Numbered from the whole stretch's first letter, positions 35,723 through 47,939 are shown. The stretch: 61,243 nt of DNA, filler included, from Porpidia crustulata (GCA_964255105.1; 8 parts of 8 records of this genome joined end to end with filler, not necessarily neighbours in it); one strand, 5' to 3'. Program-made: numbers and translations. Notes: generated by a model from the letters alone, not told the origin.

Positions 35723-36623
35723 TCAAACATCACCAAAAACTTCTCTTACCTTCGCCACATAGGGGGACCCCTCGGGACAGAACTTGTGTCTTTCCAGAGT
35801 GTCGAAATTAGGGTCATGAGGATTAGTGTAGCGCCAACAAGCTGTATGCTGCTGAGCCCATCCTTCCAGCTTGCTCCAGCTTTTGCATTGACGAAGTTGT
35901 CCGGTGCCTGATCGTCCCGGTGGTTGGAACCCCGTGTAGCGGGGGGTATCGTCAGCATAACAAAGTATATCCTGTCGCAAAGCATCGAGACAGTGCAGTA
36001 TATGGTGTGTCGGCTCACTTCGATTCTGACCTCTATCAAATTCCAAGATGGTAGATCGAATGGTTTTCTGGTTAATAATCAGCTGTTTCTTCGGTGGAAT
36101 ACAGGAACAGGAAAGGCTCGGGTTAACGTACCAAGCAGTGCATACTATGGAAACCGTTTAGGAGGTACAAGCCCTTCTCCTGGTCCCATGGAAATCGCTG
36201 AGAGACTGGTAATCCCATCGCTGCTGCGTAAGAATCACTCAGCGCGACCGTGCCATTGTCGATACTGATATTCTCCCACAGCTGGTCCGCGACTGTCTCG
36301 TCCTCCCCAAAGTATGGGGACATGGACGTCCAAGCCACCGCTGAGTCTTGTACCAGATGTGCTATTTAGGTGTCAGTCAACAATATCAGCTCTGACTTCA
36401 TGTAAATATTACCATACGTAGAAGAAGCGTCACTACCGCTTGAAGCGTGTGGACGTGTGAGGATCAATAGGAGATTCAGGATTGCAGAGCAGAGTAGACC
36501 TGCGAGCAGTGTCCTATCGCATTTGACTGTGCGGCGAGAATACTCCTGCTCTTCTGGGTTTTGGCTCTCGATGGGTAGCAGTGTATATTCTCGTCCTTTC
36601 ACGGGACTCATTATGGTGTTCAT
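35723..36623 (-). CDS. DUF3328/UstYa-family oxidase, 3 exons
   Basis: N-terminal single TM anchor, two HxxHC motifs (FHSMHCL and HHILHCLDALRQDILCYADDTP), and RQCKSWSKL...W. Confidence 0.92.
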
Positions 36624-37281
36624 TCCTGATGCTCAATGTAAAGAAGAAAATAAGTTATTAATGAAAGCGTGTAGTTGTTTATGGAAAGATGACAATCAAA
36701 AGTCTAGCTGAGAATAGATAAGCATGGAGTATGACTGTACAGCATGACACATTTTTCCATAACCAATCTGGCTGATACATGAAACAACTGATACCTACCT
36801 TTATCGATCAAAAGTGCCTTGACCCTGTCATGCACGACGAGTTCATTATTGCGGCTGAGCAACGACGTGCATACGGCTATAACGAAGTCTATGCAAGAGG
36901 TAGAATCTGCAAGTCAAGCGGTTTTGACTGTTGCCAAGGTTGATCTATCGTACAGGTACCTGTACAATATCAACTGGAAGTGGCATAAACGCCAAGGCCG
37001 GATCGGGCCACCTCCACGCTTCAGAGTGGTGTACCGGAATAATTCTTGTGCATAAGCTTTATTGCATTCTATGCATGATGAGAGTGTACCATCACTGATG
37101 ATGGGGGCTGAAGAGTTACTGTCTCAGGGGTTTCGTCGCTTATCCAATTGCGCTCCACTCTCTCTGCGTAAACAACCATGACCACATCCAATTGAATCTA
37201 CGTTCTCTGTCTAGCAATGTCTACTTGTTTGTTCTATGTTTCTGGTCAACTTTACTGCGAATCGTAAAAATAGCTTAAGAA

Positions 37282-38098
37282 ATGGGGTTCACCCAAAGCC
37301 TCGTTCCGTGACTCTTGGGGACCGTTATAAGTGTCTTCGTTTGCAGTGAGATCTTTGTCCATGTGAAGCTACAACAAGCGATGTGCAGAAATGGCTGCTT
37401 GCCGCCCCCAAAGTATGCTCACAAAGACCCAATGTTAGGGCTGGACATGTTCTTCGATTAGTTCAAGGCCATGGAACGTGGTGATACTGGAGCAACGGAG
37501 CGAGAACGCTTCCGTAAGTACGGGACAACATTCCAAGCCAATTCATGGGGAACGACATGTATCCATACCATGGATGTCACGAACATACAGGCCATACTGG
37601 TGCAATTATTTGATAATTTTGGCGTGGAGCCTATGAGACTTCACGTTGGCCAACCGTTCATCGGCAAGGGTGTTTTCTCCACAGATGGTCCTTACTGGCG
37701 ATTTTCTCGGGAGCTCATCAAGCCTATGTTTGCCAGAGCGCAAGTCGCAAATCTAGATGCTCTTGACGTTCATCTCAGTCGTATGATGGATCGCATTCCA
37801 CACGATGGATCAACGCTCGACCTTCAGGCTCTTCTTAAACTCATGATTTGTTGGACCTTGCTCTCGTTGTCTCGACATACTAGCAAGCTAAATAATCTGG
37901 TCTGATCTAGTTTCTCGATCATTCAATAGAGTCGATGTTTGGCGTGTGCAGAGAAACGTTGCTGGCCGAATCTCCCGGAGCTCACAGCAACGAGCTCCTG
38001 ACAACCTTCGACGCTGCTCTACGGGGACTGGGTAAACGCATACTCCTAGGTAGACTGCAGATTATTATTCTCTGGGACAGATCTTATAACCAGCTAGC
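37282..38098 (+). pseudogene. Cytochrome P450 (CYP52-clan-like N-terminal half), pseudogene
   Basis: One frame gives a TM anchor, GCLPPPKYAHKDPMLGLD, KYGTTF, NIQAIL and GVFSTDGPYWRFSRELIKPMFARAQV. In-frame stops occur at 37309 (TGA) and 37459 (TAG), the intron donor near 37846 reads AT instead of GT, and no heme motif is present. Confidence 0.85.
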
Positions 38099-38265
38099 TG
38101 TTAGCGGCTGCTTACCAAGGTATCAGAGTTACGCCTAGTAGGCGTACCCCTCAGGATGAGCGCCTTGGTCGCCATGAGCATTGAGCGCTTATAGCGATCA
38201 TAGCGATCAAAGCGATCATGATGAACACCTTGGTCGCCATGAGCATTGAGCGCTCATAGCGACCA
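38099..38265. repeat. Repeat-containing terminal segment, possibly an LTR start
   Basis: Begins TGTTAG where P450 similarity ends. Contains two copies of CCTTGGTCGCCATGAGCATTGAGCGCT (period about 65 nt) and three near-copies of TAGCGATCA; the contig ends here. Confidence 0.5.
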
Positions 38266-38365
38266 NNNNNNNNNNNNNNNNNNNNNNNNNNNNNNNNNNN
38301 NNNNNNNNNTTAATTAATTAANNNNNNNNNNNNNNNNNNNNNNNNNNNNNNNNNNNNNNNNNNNN
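38266..38365. other. Artificial contig spacer
   Basis: N-run with TTAATTAATTAA. Confidence 0.99.
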
Positions 38366-39351
38366 AGCAAATTCCACACACATAAATTATTACATCACAT
38401 CAAACAACAAACAAGGTAGGTAGCCGACGATTCATCTCTCCGTCGCTCAAAAAACTACCTTTGACCTAAAAAGTCACCGTTCCAAGAAGTATAACCAACC
38501 GCACCATCCCCACAACTCTCAAACCACCGCAAAACCCCCGCTAAGATATCCCATCCATCCTCCGTCCATATCCTCCTTTCTGTCTTCGAGACACGTGGGA
38601 ACAAGGATAAGAGGTGAATAGATTTCCAGGGGGGTTCGTTCGTGGTCGTCAACAAACTGTGGTTCGCGCGCGCGGTCGGGTTTCGCCATACAGATTATCA
38701 TCCCTCGCTCTCTCTCTCTTGAATCGTGGAAAAAAAACCGGACAAAGTCATCAATCATGGACAAAAGAGAATCGCGTCCGGCGAAGAGGGAGTCGCCGAG
38801 GCCAAGCTCGATTGTTCCTTTATTCCCGCCCTCTGTGACGAGGGGGAGACGTGCGGAAGAATGAAGGATCGCGAGATCCGGGGGTTTCTTTTTTCAAAAT
38901 ATAGAGGTAGAGCGGTAAAAAAATTGGAAAAGAGTGGTGGGGGGTTTGCAAAATCCACTGTTTTCCTACCACGGGGTAAAAGTCCGCAAAAAGGGGGCCG
39001 TTATATGCCGAATGTTATTAGAAAGATTGAGTGGAAGGAGGTCGCGATTCCAGTCACCGAAAAGATTGGGGGTAGGCCGACCTCGAGGCATATACTGCTG
39101 GGGGAAGAAGAGGAGAGGGTTTCGAAAGCAATTTCGTAAGGAAAAGCAAGGAAAAGCTCGCCGGCTTCTTTGATCCTTCCGGAGGATGTGGGTCTCTCGA
39201 TCGGGCTGGGTGTTTGTCATTCTGGGGTGGAGAGTGGAATGGTTTCCCTGGTTGCTTAAATCTCAAGTTCTTTTTTTTCTTCGGTTTTCGGTGCTCCTAA
39301 TTGGGGTTCGCTCGGGGATCTGTGGGGCCGTTGGGATGCGAGAGTATGTGT

Positions 39352-40379
39352 TTAGATGGTTTTGGGAGATTTGTTGTTACTGGTGGATATTAGTATATTC
39401 TAGACACAGCCAGAGACGGTTTGTAGACATACCTAATCTCCACGATATCATCCACATGGTTACACATCGCAACGAACAGATCGAAAAACCTAGGATTACC
39501 CATCAGCGAGATGATCAATATCGAAATGAAACGTACTAACAATTTGCTCCCACCAATCTCCATTTCCATCTGCATGGTTCCGCTCCTCTTGAAAGTCTTG
39601 CGACTTCGGATAATCAAGGCAAGGTAATGAGCGCGGAGCCTGGAGTCCGTGTCCGGCGTGTTATTATACGCAAAGCGAGCCGATGCCATGATGACATCAA
39701 CCTGGATTCCCGACTGAAGACCTTGCTTCCGAAGAGACAAGCGCTTCAATTCGTCCAATCCGAACTTCTCGGCCGTGCAGTAGATGGCGGTGTCTTTGAG
39801 CAAGACTCCACCCACACCGTTATGATAAATTGTAGACTCGACCGATCCGCGGCCACCGAGGTTATGTGGATCCTTCGCATCTTCGAGCTCCCAAGAGTTG
39901 CGACGCTTGTTGTGCAACAGGCGTGGGTAGTAATCACCCTTGTAGAGGTATTCGAGGACGCAGGAGAAGGTCTCGGGCTCTCTATCGTATACTTATTAGA
40001 TCGCTTCATAGATATAATCCCAGCTCCAGAATAACATACTCGTCAAGCAGCTCCACCCTCTTCATAGAGCTCTCAAAGAACTGGCCTTTGAGAGCGGCCT
40101 TGAAGAAGGGAGATAAAGAGAGGACGTCCTCGTGCGCAGCGAAAAGACGCTGGTCACGTCCCACGATCAAAGTGACAATGGGGCTTGTCAGGGTACTGTG
40201 GACACAGCTCTTGTCAGACTTCCCAGTCTACAGAGTAGATGCGCCTTGGCTTACCTGCCCGTTGGCGGACTATCCATTCTTTGCTGCATCTTCAACTTTG
40301 TTTGCTCCCGGAAAGACCTCTTGCTCGACTTGACCGCCTTGCCCGCACGATCCTTTGCATGAAAGGAGCGTTTGAACAT
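39352..40379 (-). CDS. Conserved fungal BTB/POZ-domain protein, multi-exon
   Basis: Spliced: LTSPIVTLIVGRDQRLFAAHEDVLSLSPFF, EPETFSCVLEYLYKGDYYPRL, IYCTAEKFGLDELKRLSLRKQGL and FFDLFVAMCNH, ending ...SPKTI*. Confidence 0.85.
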
Positions 40380-41416
40380 CTTGACCGAGTTCGAGTATTA
40401 TAGCTGTCAGACACCGAGGGTTCGCAAAGATTGACTGATCAACGGCTGAAGAGGCACCGCGATTGTTGTAAATGAGCGTAACAAGTGGGCGGTTCAGAAT
40501 TGAATTGACGCTTCGCACGCACGTTGCATGTAGAAGACCTTCGGAAGCCTTTCCAGGACAACCCCTCTCTCTTCAATCGAGGAACTCGAAGTTTCTCGAA
40601 AGAAGATCAAGGAGAACCCAGAGGGAGGCTCTGCGCGCAGGAATCTGCTGGAGAGATTGACCCGCGGTGGTGTGTTCGGCCGGCTCTAAGGGAGAAGCGT
40701 GAAGAAAGAGAAGAGAGGACGAAGCTCGCGGGGCATTTTGTAGGCAGCGCGTGCGACGAATGTAGTCATGTGACTCGGCCTATCTCAAAGATAGGATAAG
40801 ATGATTGGCAGCGCATGGCGAAGACGGCATGGCGTCTCTGCTGATTGGGTGGTTCAAAGCTATGAGTCGCAAGGGCTGCGTCGTTGCCTGGCGGCCTGAT
40901 GTTGATAAATAGACGGAAGCACACTAAACCTAGAAATGACTAATCTTATAATGTCCCCATACTCCATTCAACGGTCTCTCCTACAGCGTCCCCCTTCATC
41001 ACATTATCGAAAAGGTCTGGCTTTCCAAAGCAAAACACGCAAAGAAACACGAATTCCAAAGCATACGTTATCTCAATCGAGAAATATCAAAATTGAAGGC
41101 TAGCACGTTGATTGTCATGCCAACAATAAAGCCAGTTACCTACGCATCTCACAGCAAGCTGGTGAACTACTTCGGGATTCGCTAAAGTGCAGTATCTACG
41201 TAATGATCAGACTAATTGAAGTTATCCAAGGCTCCTCGAAACCTGCACTTCCTAGATCTCCTTGTGCTTGCTGTCTTTTCGTTAATTTCGTGCAGAAGAT
41301 GAGGAATTTCAAAACGCTTTCTCCCTTTCTTATTCGTGCCTGCCATAGAACAAGACTAAGGGGCTTGAAAAGTCTAGAACTAGTAGTGGCAAATCAAATC
41401 CTTATAGCAATGTACC

Positions 41417-43496
41417 TTAAGCCTCATCGTAAATCTGAAATGATGCTGTATTCACCTGAGTAATCTCGCCATCACCTTCTCCCTCCCCGATATCCTCCCC
41501 CGTGTCCGGCGCGGTTACCGACGTTGGTTGTCGCATCTCCGCCAACTTCAGAAACATATCTCTGGCTAGCCCAGCGTTTTCGTCGATGAGGTCAAGCACT
41601 TTGGTGGTTTCCTGTTCCAAGAGCTCTCGAAAGTGGTCAGCAAGGTATTGCACTATGAAGAGACGCAAGCCGTCAATTTCAGACGTTTCCTCTCTGAACA
41701 TGAGCCGAAGTACAGATAGGAACTCGAAAGCGGGATACGGTTGTGATGCCTTGAGTTTTCGGAATGCAAGGCTTTGGAGCCCGGGTAGCTCGATCTGTTG
41801 AGCTATGGAGTGGACAATCCCGCAGCGTAGGGTCTCCTGGTTTCGCCGCTCCTCCAAATCAACGACAGCAGGACCGAAAATTTCCCAACCGTGGCCGGAA
41901 AAAAGAGTCGGTTCATATTCATTGCGGTCGAGGTATTCTATGACAGGTCCAAAGTCCTTGGCTGAGAGTGACGACAGCACGGGGGCCATGACATAGAAAC
42001 CGATCTTGTCGTTGAAATTCATCAAGCGAGATAGCAATGGGCTGGCTTCGAGGCTACTTTTCTTTGTCCTGAATTCTTCATGTGGATTTCCGACATAGAT
42101 CACAACATTATCCATGCTGCCGAGTCTTGGTCAGTAATTACTAATTATAAAGGGGGATGATGACTTGCTCGATGTGTAAGCTCTCAGGTCCGGACTTTCT
42201 GGACACTTTCGGACTGGACCTGTGAAGCCTTTGGGAAGGAGTTGCAAGCCCCACAAGAGAAGACGAGAAAGGACCACGAATTCTTGGCTTATTGGCCCTC
42301 TGTTCACACACGGAATCTGAAAATTTGCCCGATGCGACTGATCCTGCTAATGTCGTATCGTCTGATGCCTCTTTCTTGATCTTTACCCTTTTGCTGTCTC
42401 TTTCTGTCAGGAGCGGCTCAGGCTCCTCATCGTCTACATTCCCATTATCGTAGCCGGGCCCAAATCCGGGAGGCCATTTGAACGCTTGACCTGAGTTGGT
42501 ATCATCTGAAGTTTCTCTCCTATGTTTGCTGCCGATTTCTTGTACTAAATCTGACTCATCTGCCAGTTGCGCTGCCCACAACTTATTCTTCCAATAAGGA
42601 AGTCTATTCCATTCAAACTCCAAAATACCATCCTGATAGGCTTCCTTAAGCTTTTGATTCGGCGTAGTATCTCTAATAGCGAGCGCTAATTGAAAGTCTA
42701 ACGACTTGAGATGCTTTCCAGAAGCCCAATTACTAGTATTGCAAAAATCAGCCTAGAGTTCATCCAGTTGACCGACCTTCATTCTGAAGAACAACTGTGC
42801 ATGTCTAAGAGCGCACTATGTCTCGGCTTCTGGAGGACTTACAGTTCTAAAGTGCCAAGATATAAAACTGGAAAGCAGAACTGTCCGTTGAGGTAGCCAC
42901 CATATTGGAAGACATCAGGCCCAGTGCCGTCTGAGACCCGCGCGTTCTCTGACCTTGGCCCTCTAAAGTATCTATGCACGATATCTTTATCACAAATGAC
43001 GACCGGCCAGTCTAGCTCGCCGTTTTGGGATACAAGCCAATACTCTCCGGGCCGTGCGTCGAGTTTTCCAGGAGTATATTTATGTTTCGAGGTTGTCTTG
43101 GCAGGAGGAGGAAGATTTCTATAGCTGAATTTGGCCATCCTGTCACTAAAATCAGTGGACATATCTCAGAGGGCGCCGTGAGTAGACTCCTCGAGTGTCG
43201 GTGGAAACTCCTTCACTGGTGTCTTGTACGCCGAAGTACTGAAGTAGTGTTCAGACAGGCCAGTAAGCTTAGATCTATAGATCAGCTTTAACAAGATCCA
43301 TTATGGATTGGCCAGGTGAATAAATTGTTGTCTTAAAGGCAAAGAACTTTGAGGCTGAGATGACACCACCTAAGTAGGTATTAACGCAAGGAACAAATCC
43401 CAATGTAGAGTATGGACAAATTGTATCGGGACGGTCTTTCAACTTTCTTGAAAATTGGAATCGTAACTGAAGAAACCAAACCCCCAGGCTCCTCAA
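41417..43496 (-). CDS. Hypothetical multi-exon protein with a C-terminal BTB-like domain; 5' end uncertain
   Basis: Collinear ORFs 42839-43162, 42141-42623 and 41417-42115; the last has VVIYVGNP...DFGPVIEYLDRNEY...IELPGLQSLAFRKL. Confidence 0.55.
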
Positions 43497-44295
43497 CGGA
43501 ATCGCAAAAAGACAGCCAAAACCTCAATTCCCCCGAGAATCCAAAAGTGAGCACGGAATAACACAAAGAAACTCCTCAATCTGAGAAATGGTCCGAACGA
43601 TGTAAGGTGGAAGAAACGAAATGGATCACTTCGGCGTCACTGATGTGTCAAGTGAAGTTCTGCTGAGTAGTGATTTTAAAGAAATATGCTGGTCAGTAAA
43701 GCTTTCACATATATATCAAAAGATTGTAGATCGCAAGGTGGGAAAAACTATGAGCGCAAAGTTTGGTGGACGAGTATTGAGAACACGAGCATGGGAGGCC
43801 GAGAATTAGGAGGTCAAGTGTGTGATGAGTCCTGGATGCATGCAAAGTGGAAGCTGACTTGGTCTGAAGATGGAGAGCATGAGAGCTAGTAAAGGAATCA
43901 TTGCCGAGGAAATAGAATTGCGGTGGGTGCAATGTGAATGATATGCATGCGCGGAAGGATTTGAGAATATAAGCCTGTACAGTGAGAGTTCGATTAGTGC
44001 AACCGTAATTGAGGTTGAAGATAGAAACATCTTTGTAGGTAACGAACGCAAGTCGAATGACCAAGCGATAGGGATGACTGCTATACTAGACCTACTTGCC
44101 TTCGGACAACTAATCAAGGGTTCCACCTGTCATATATTTATACCTACTTGAGGTTCCGCTCCATCGAAAATGCCACGGGCGACGGCACATTGACTGGTAT
44201 CAGCACGTTTCACATTATTCTTGTAGACCTCATGCGCCAAATCCCCAGTGCACTCGCTGTTCTAACAAGCCCAAGGGTTTGAACCTGTATGAGCC

Positions 44296-45384
44296 TTATC
44301 TGTCTGAATGATCGCCATAAGCAATTCGGACCATCGACCTTCGTAAACGATGTAGGCCTCGTTGAGAGAAGAAGACTGTCATGGTCAGGCATATCAAGCT
44401 GATGTAAATCATTACCAATATACTTGAACCTCTGTAATTGACATCGAGGTATTTGTAGACGTATTCTTTCGTTATTAGGCGCCCAAGAGCTGTCCATGCG
44501 AAGTATGAAAGGCAGAGAAAGAGTATGCCGACCACGTGTGGAACCAAGGGCTGCCGAAAGTGTCAGGCAATCTCAATCAAGTTAAGCATCGAGGAAGAGA
44601 GTATACCTTCTGCTTTCGAACACTGCTCAGCAACATAACTTCCAGGATTGCGATCAAGGTATTGACCGCGTTCATGCTGGCAAGCACAAAGATTTGAAGT
44701 GGCTTAACTGGAAAGGCTGTGATGCTTGCAGATTGGCGAGCCCGAGCTATAACGTATGGCAAGCGGCCATTGGACTTGTTGGCAGTATACGCCAGCGCTG
44801 GCCGATAAAAGGTATGACTCGATTGCACGAATCTCGGATTCGAGCGAAAGAGAACCAACCAGAAGATGATCGTGACTACGGGAGGTACTATAACAGCAGT
44901 CGTGTAGAAAAGGGAGAACATGAACCGTCTCTTGGAATTGATGTCATTGGCAGTTGGAACTGCAAAGAAGCCTCGCATTTTGCCAGCGATTCCACTGGCA
45001 GGTTGTCTGTTTGGCTTAAGGATGTGTTGCAATGTCCAGTACTAGAAGAAAAGAAGTCAATGAAAATCCTCTCTTATGTAAGCGATTGAGACTCGCGGAG
45101 GTAATCCAGTAGTAGATCATCTGAATTGCGAAGCTGATGTTACCAATCTCGAATGCGGAGAATGCTCCTGTCTTCTTGGGACCGATTTCAAGATAGAGCT
45201 GGAATCCGAATACAACAGAAATGTAAAGAGCAATGAGCATTCGCGCCGCCAATAGAGCCTTTTGAGGGAAGAAGCGCCATGGAGAATGGCACACTTGGAA
45301 GAAGATAGGTTGACCGTGAGTAGGCATGGCGGAGGTTGGCAAAAGAGGAGTGCTCTCGGCCTTAGAGGACAGGAAAGGAAGCAT
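44296..45384 (-). CDS. Multi-pass membrane protein (FAR-17a/AIG1-like)
   Basis: Exons with FFQVCHSPW, SFAIQMIYYWIT, FSLFYTTA...VTIIFWLV, NTLIAILEVMLLSS and YFAW...YVYKYLD. Confidence 0.65.
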
Positions 45385-45926
45385 TGGTCCAGCAATGCAA
45401 CTTTGTAGGTTTCGAGTTGTTATTTGACGCAAAAGGTCAAAGGATCACGAAAGCTGTTTAATCTCTCTGAATGAAGAATGATGATATGAGTAACTGAGAA
45501 TATCCGAGGTTCTGGGAAGAATGACATAGCGCAGAAAGGAGATTAAAGTATCAAATAGAACAATGGTATTGGTGCATACAAAAGTTCCTACTTTGGCAGG
45601 AACGATTTACCGTATGACTACAGAGCAAGCCGGATGAAAGTCCAGATAAATGTGCCCACTCGGCAATGGATACGTTGTGCCATCTTCATCAAGAGAAGTT
45701 TTCGAAAAGGGAAGCTAAACGAAGTCAATGGTCTGTTGAACTCATATCATTGCTTGCAACTCTGTGAGGAAAGTTAGATCTCGTTCGCTGAGAGGACTAC
45801 GTGTACAATTTTGCGGTGTCTTCTCGTACCTGTAAACGCGGAGGCCGTTACCTCTAGTTTTGTATTTACGACGCTAAGTATCGTCAGCCCTACACCCATC
45901 CGCATCGCGAAACGTCTCTTCACAAC

Positions 45927-46026
45927 NNNNNNNNNNNNNNNNNNNNNNNNNNNNNNNNNNNNNNNNNNNNTTAATTAATTAANNNNNNNNNNNNNNNNNN
46001 NNNNNNNNNNNNNNNNNNNNNNNNNN
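45927..46026. other. Artificial contig spacer
   Basis: N-run with TTAATTAATTAA. Confidence 0.99.
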
Positions 46027-46411
46027 ATTATAGGCTTAGTCTAGTCAATTGATATAGTTCACTACGACCCCTCACAGTTACAGTCAGTCATTCGATGTGA
46101 AGCAATTAAATCACAGTCTCTGAGCAATCGATAGCCTGAAATCGAACAGCGCATGTCCTCCCTTCTCTATTCTCTGAAAAGGCGTCAGCAAGAACGATAT
46201 CGAAGGAAGACGTTGGCTTGCTCATCGTTCTTGACGGTGTCATTAGAATATTCGTATAGATAGAACATAGTAAAGATAGAATTTAGACCATACGGGAAAG
46301 TTCCGAGGGGCGGCGCAATTGAAACTAAGATAAAGACTTGATTCTTTATTCAGAAGTCTAGACATGAAAGAAGTGCAAGGCGCAGATGCCTGTTTGTGGG
46401 GGCCCTTTATA

Positions 46412-46710
46412 CCTCAGGCGGTCTAAAATTTTGGGATAAAAACTAATATATAGCTCTTCCGCGATCATAATATCATATTTTGAAGTAGAACACTGAACAT
46501 AAACGTGACATTTAAATATTTTTAAATTTGCACGTCGTAAATTGAAACATATGCCCGTTATTCTGAATATTATCTTCTTTTAAAAATGATGCATTGTGAA
46601 ACGATAAATTGAACGTGGTTTTTGAAATCGATACTGCTAGACAAAATATGACTTAGAGGACGGGATACCTTCTACTGACGCGTTGACTAAAAATTTTAGA
46701 TCGCCTGAGG
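46412..46710. mobile_element. MITE of about 300 bp with short TIRs and a TA target site
   Basis: TTTATACCTCAGGCGGTCTAAAATTTT (46406-46432) matches AAAATTTTAGATCGCCTGAGGTATAAA (46690-46716) as an inverted repeat with 1 mismatch in 27; the interior is AT-rich. Confidence 0.75.
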
Positions 46711-47129
46711 TATAAAAGGTTCCGAGCCATCAAGCCTGCATGAAATAGCGCGGCTAAGAGACAACATCAAAATTGATCACCAACCATGCGCCTTGACGCC
46801 GTGAATGTTCAGTCTAAATCATCCATTACCTCTAATTTTATCCGGCCCTCCGTTACAACCTCAAGATCAGGTCTCTGTAGCTGCGATTTAGTGATACTAG
46901 TTCTGCTTGGTCAAGGCTGAGAACATGTTGGGGCTGTGTATCCGAGCAGCTTTCAGTCTCTAACCCAAAGATGGAGATCTTCGATCATTCAAATCCAGAG
47001 CCTTGCGATATAATCCCATTACAAGACGGGTTTTGTTCAAATCAGAACTATAAAAGACGGGCAAATGCTGCTCAATTTTTGTGATCTATTGACAAATGCA
47101 TATATACGATCATTATTCCCTCGACCGTG

Positions 47130-47939
47130 ATGGACCCTCTCGGCGCAGCTGGCCTGGCGACGGCCTTGACTCTCTTTGCAGGTATCCAAGCTACACGTAA
47201 CCTTTATCAAGACCTTTCTCGCCTGCATGCTGCACCAGAGGATGTCAGAGCCCTTCTTCTCCATGAAGTAGGGCAGCTCCAAGTAGCTTTTCAAGAAATC
47301 GGAAAAATTCCATCCATTCTGGAAGAGTCTTCAATGGTAATTAGAAGAGAAGCCGAGGCAGCTCGCGAAAAGCTCGAGACCCTGAGTACCGCAGTCCAGA
47401 AGGTCTCACAAGCGGCTGGAATTAATCCCGATGGCATGTGTTCGCAACTACGCAAAAGGAGGCATCATCTCGACAAGCTGAAAGACCACCTGCAGTCTAT
47501 CAGTCACGTCCTCACGGCGAGCCTAGGCGATCCCACTCAACTGCCTAGTCCCCAAGAACGTCAAAAGATTCAGCGAAACCATGAGTTGTTGATGATTGCC
47601 GTGAGCGAAGGATCCCCCCACGATCCAGAAAATGTGCGACAGACCCGGAGACAGCATGGAATACGTCCATGCCACATTATCATCCTCCTAGGTCTCCTTA
47701 CGGTAGTCGGCAGCCTCGTTCCAGCTTTCTGGCGCTCTACTGCACGCAACGACATTTCCGGCGGGTTTTCGATAGCGCAGTACATCCTTGCTGTAGGTGT
47801 ATTCGTTGTTGGGGGAATGCTGGTCATTCACAGTAGGACATGTACGTGCTGGTCCAGCTCTCTAGAAACAGACGACGAGAGGTCTGCTACAGCAGATTTT
47901 GAAAAAAAAATTGAGAGCCTGGGTATATGGGAGTGGTGA
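47130..47939 (+). CDS. Protein with a HeLo-like/STAND-type N-terminal helical domain and two C-terminal TM helices
   Basis: MDPLGAAG...LYQDLSRLHAAPEDVRAL...EVGQL N-terminus; hydrophobic IIILLGLLTVVGSLVPAFW and GFSIAQYILAVGVFVVGGMLVIH. Confidence 0.65.
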   Translation: MDPLGAAGLATALTLFAGIQATRNLYQDLSRLHAAPEDVRALLLHEVGQLQVAFQEIGKIPSILEESSMVIRREAEAAREKLETLSTAVQKVSQAAGINPDGMCSQLRKRRHHLDKLKDHLQSISHVLTASLGDPTQLPSPQERQKIQRNHELLMIAVSEGSPHDPENVRQTRRQHGIRPCHIIILLGLLTVVGSLVPAFWRSTARNDISGGFSIAQYILAVGVFVVGGMLVIHSRTCTCWSSSLETDDERSATADFEKKIESLGIWEW

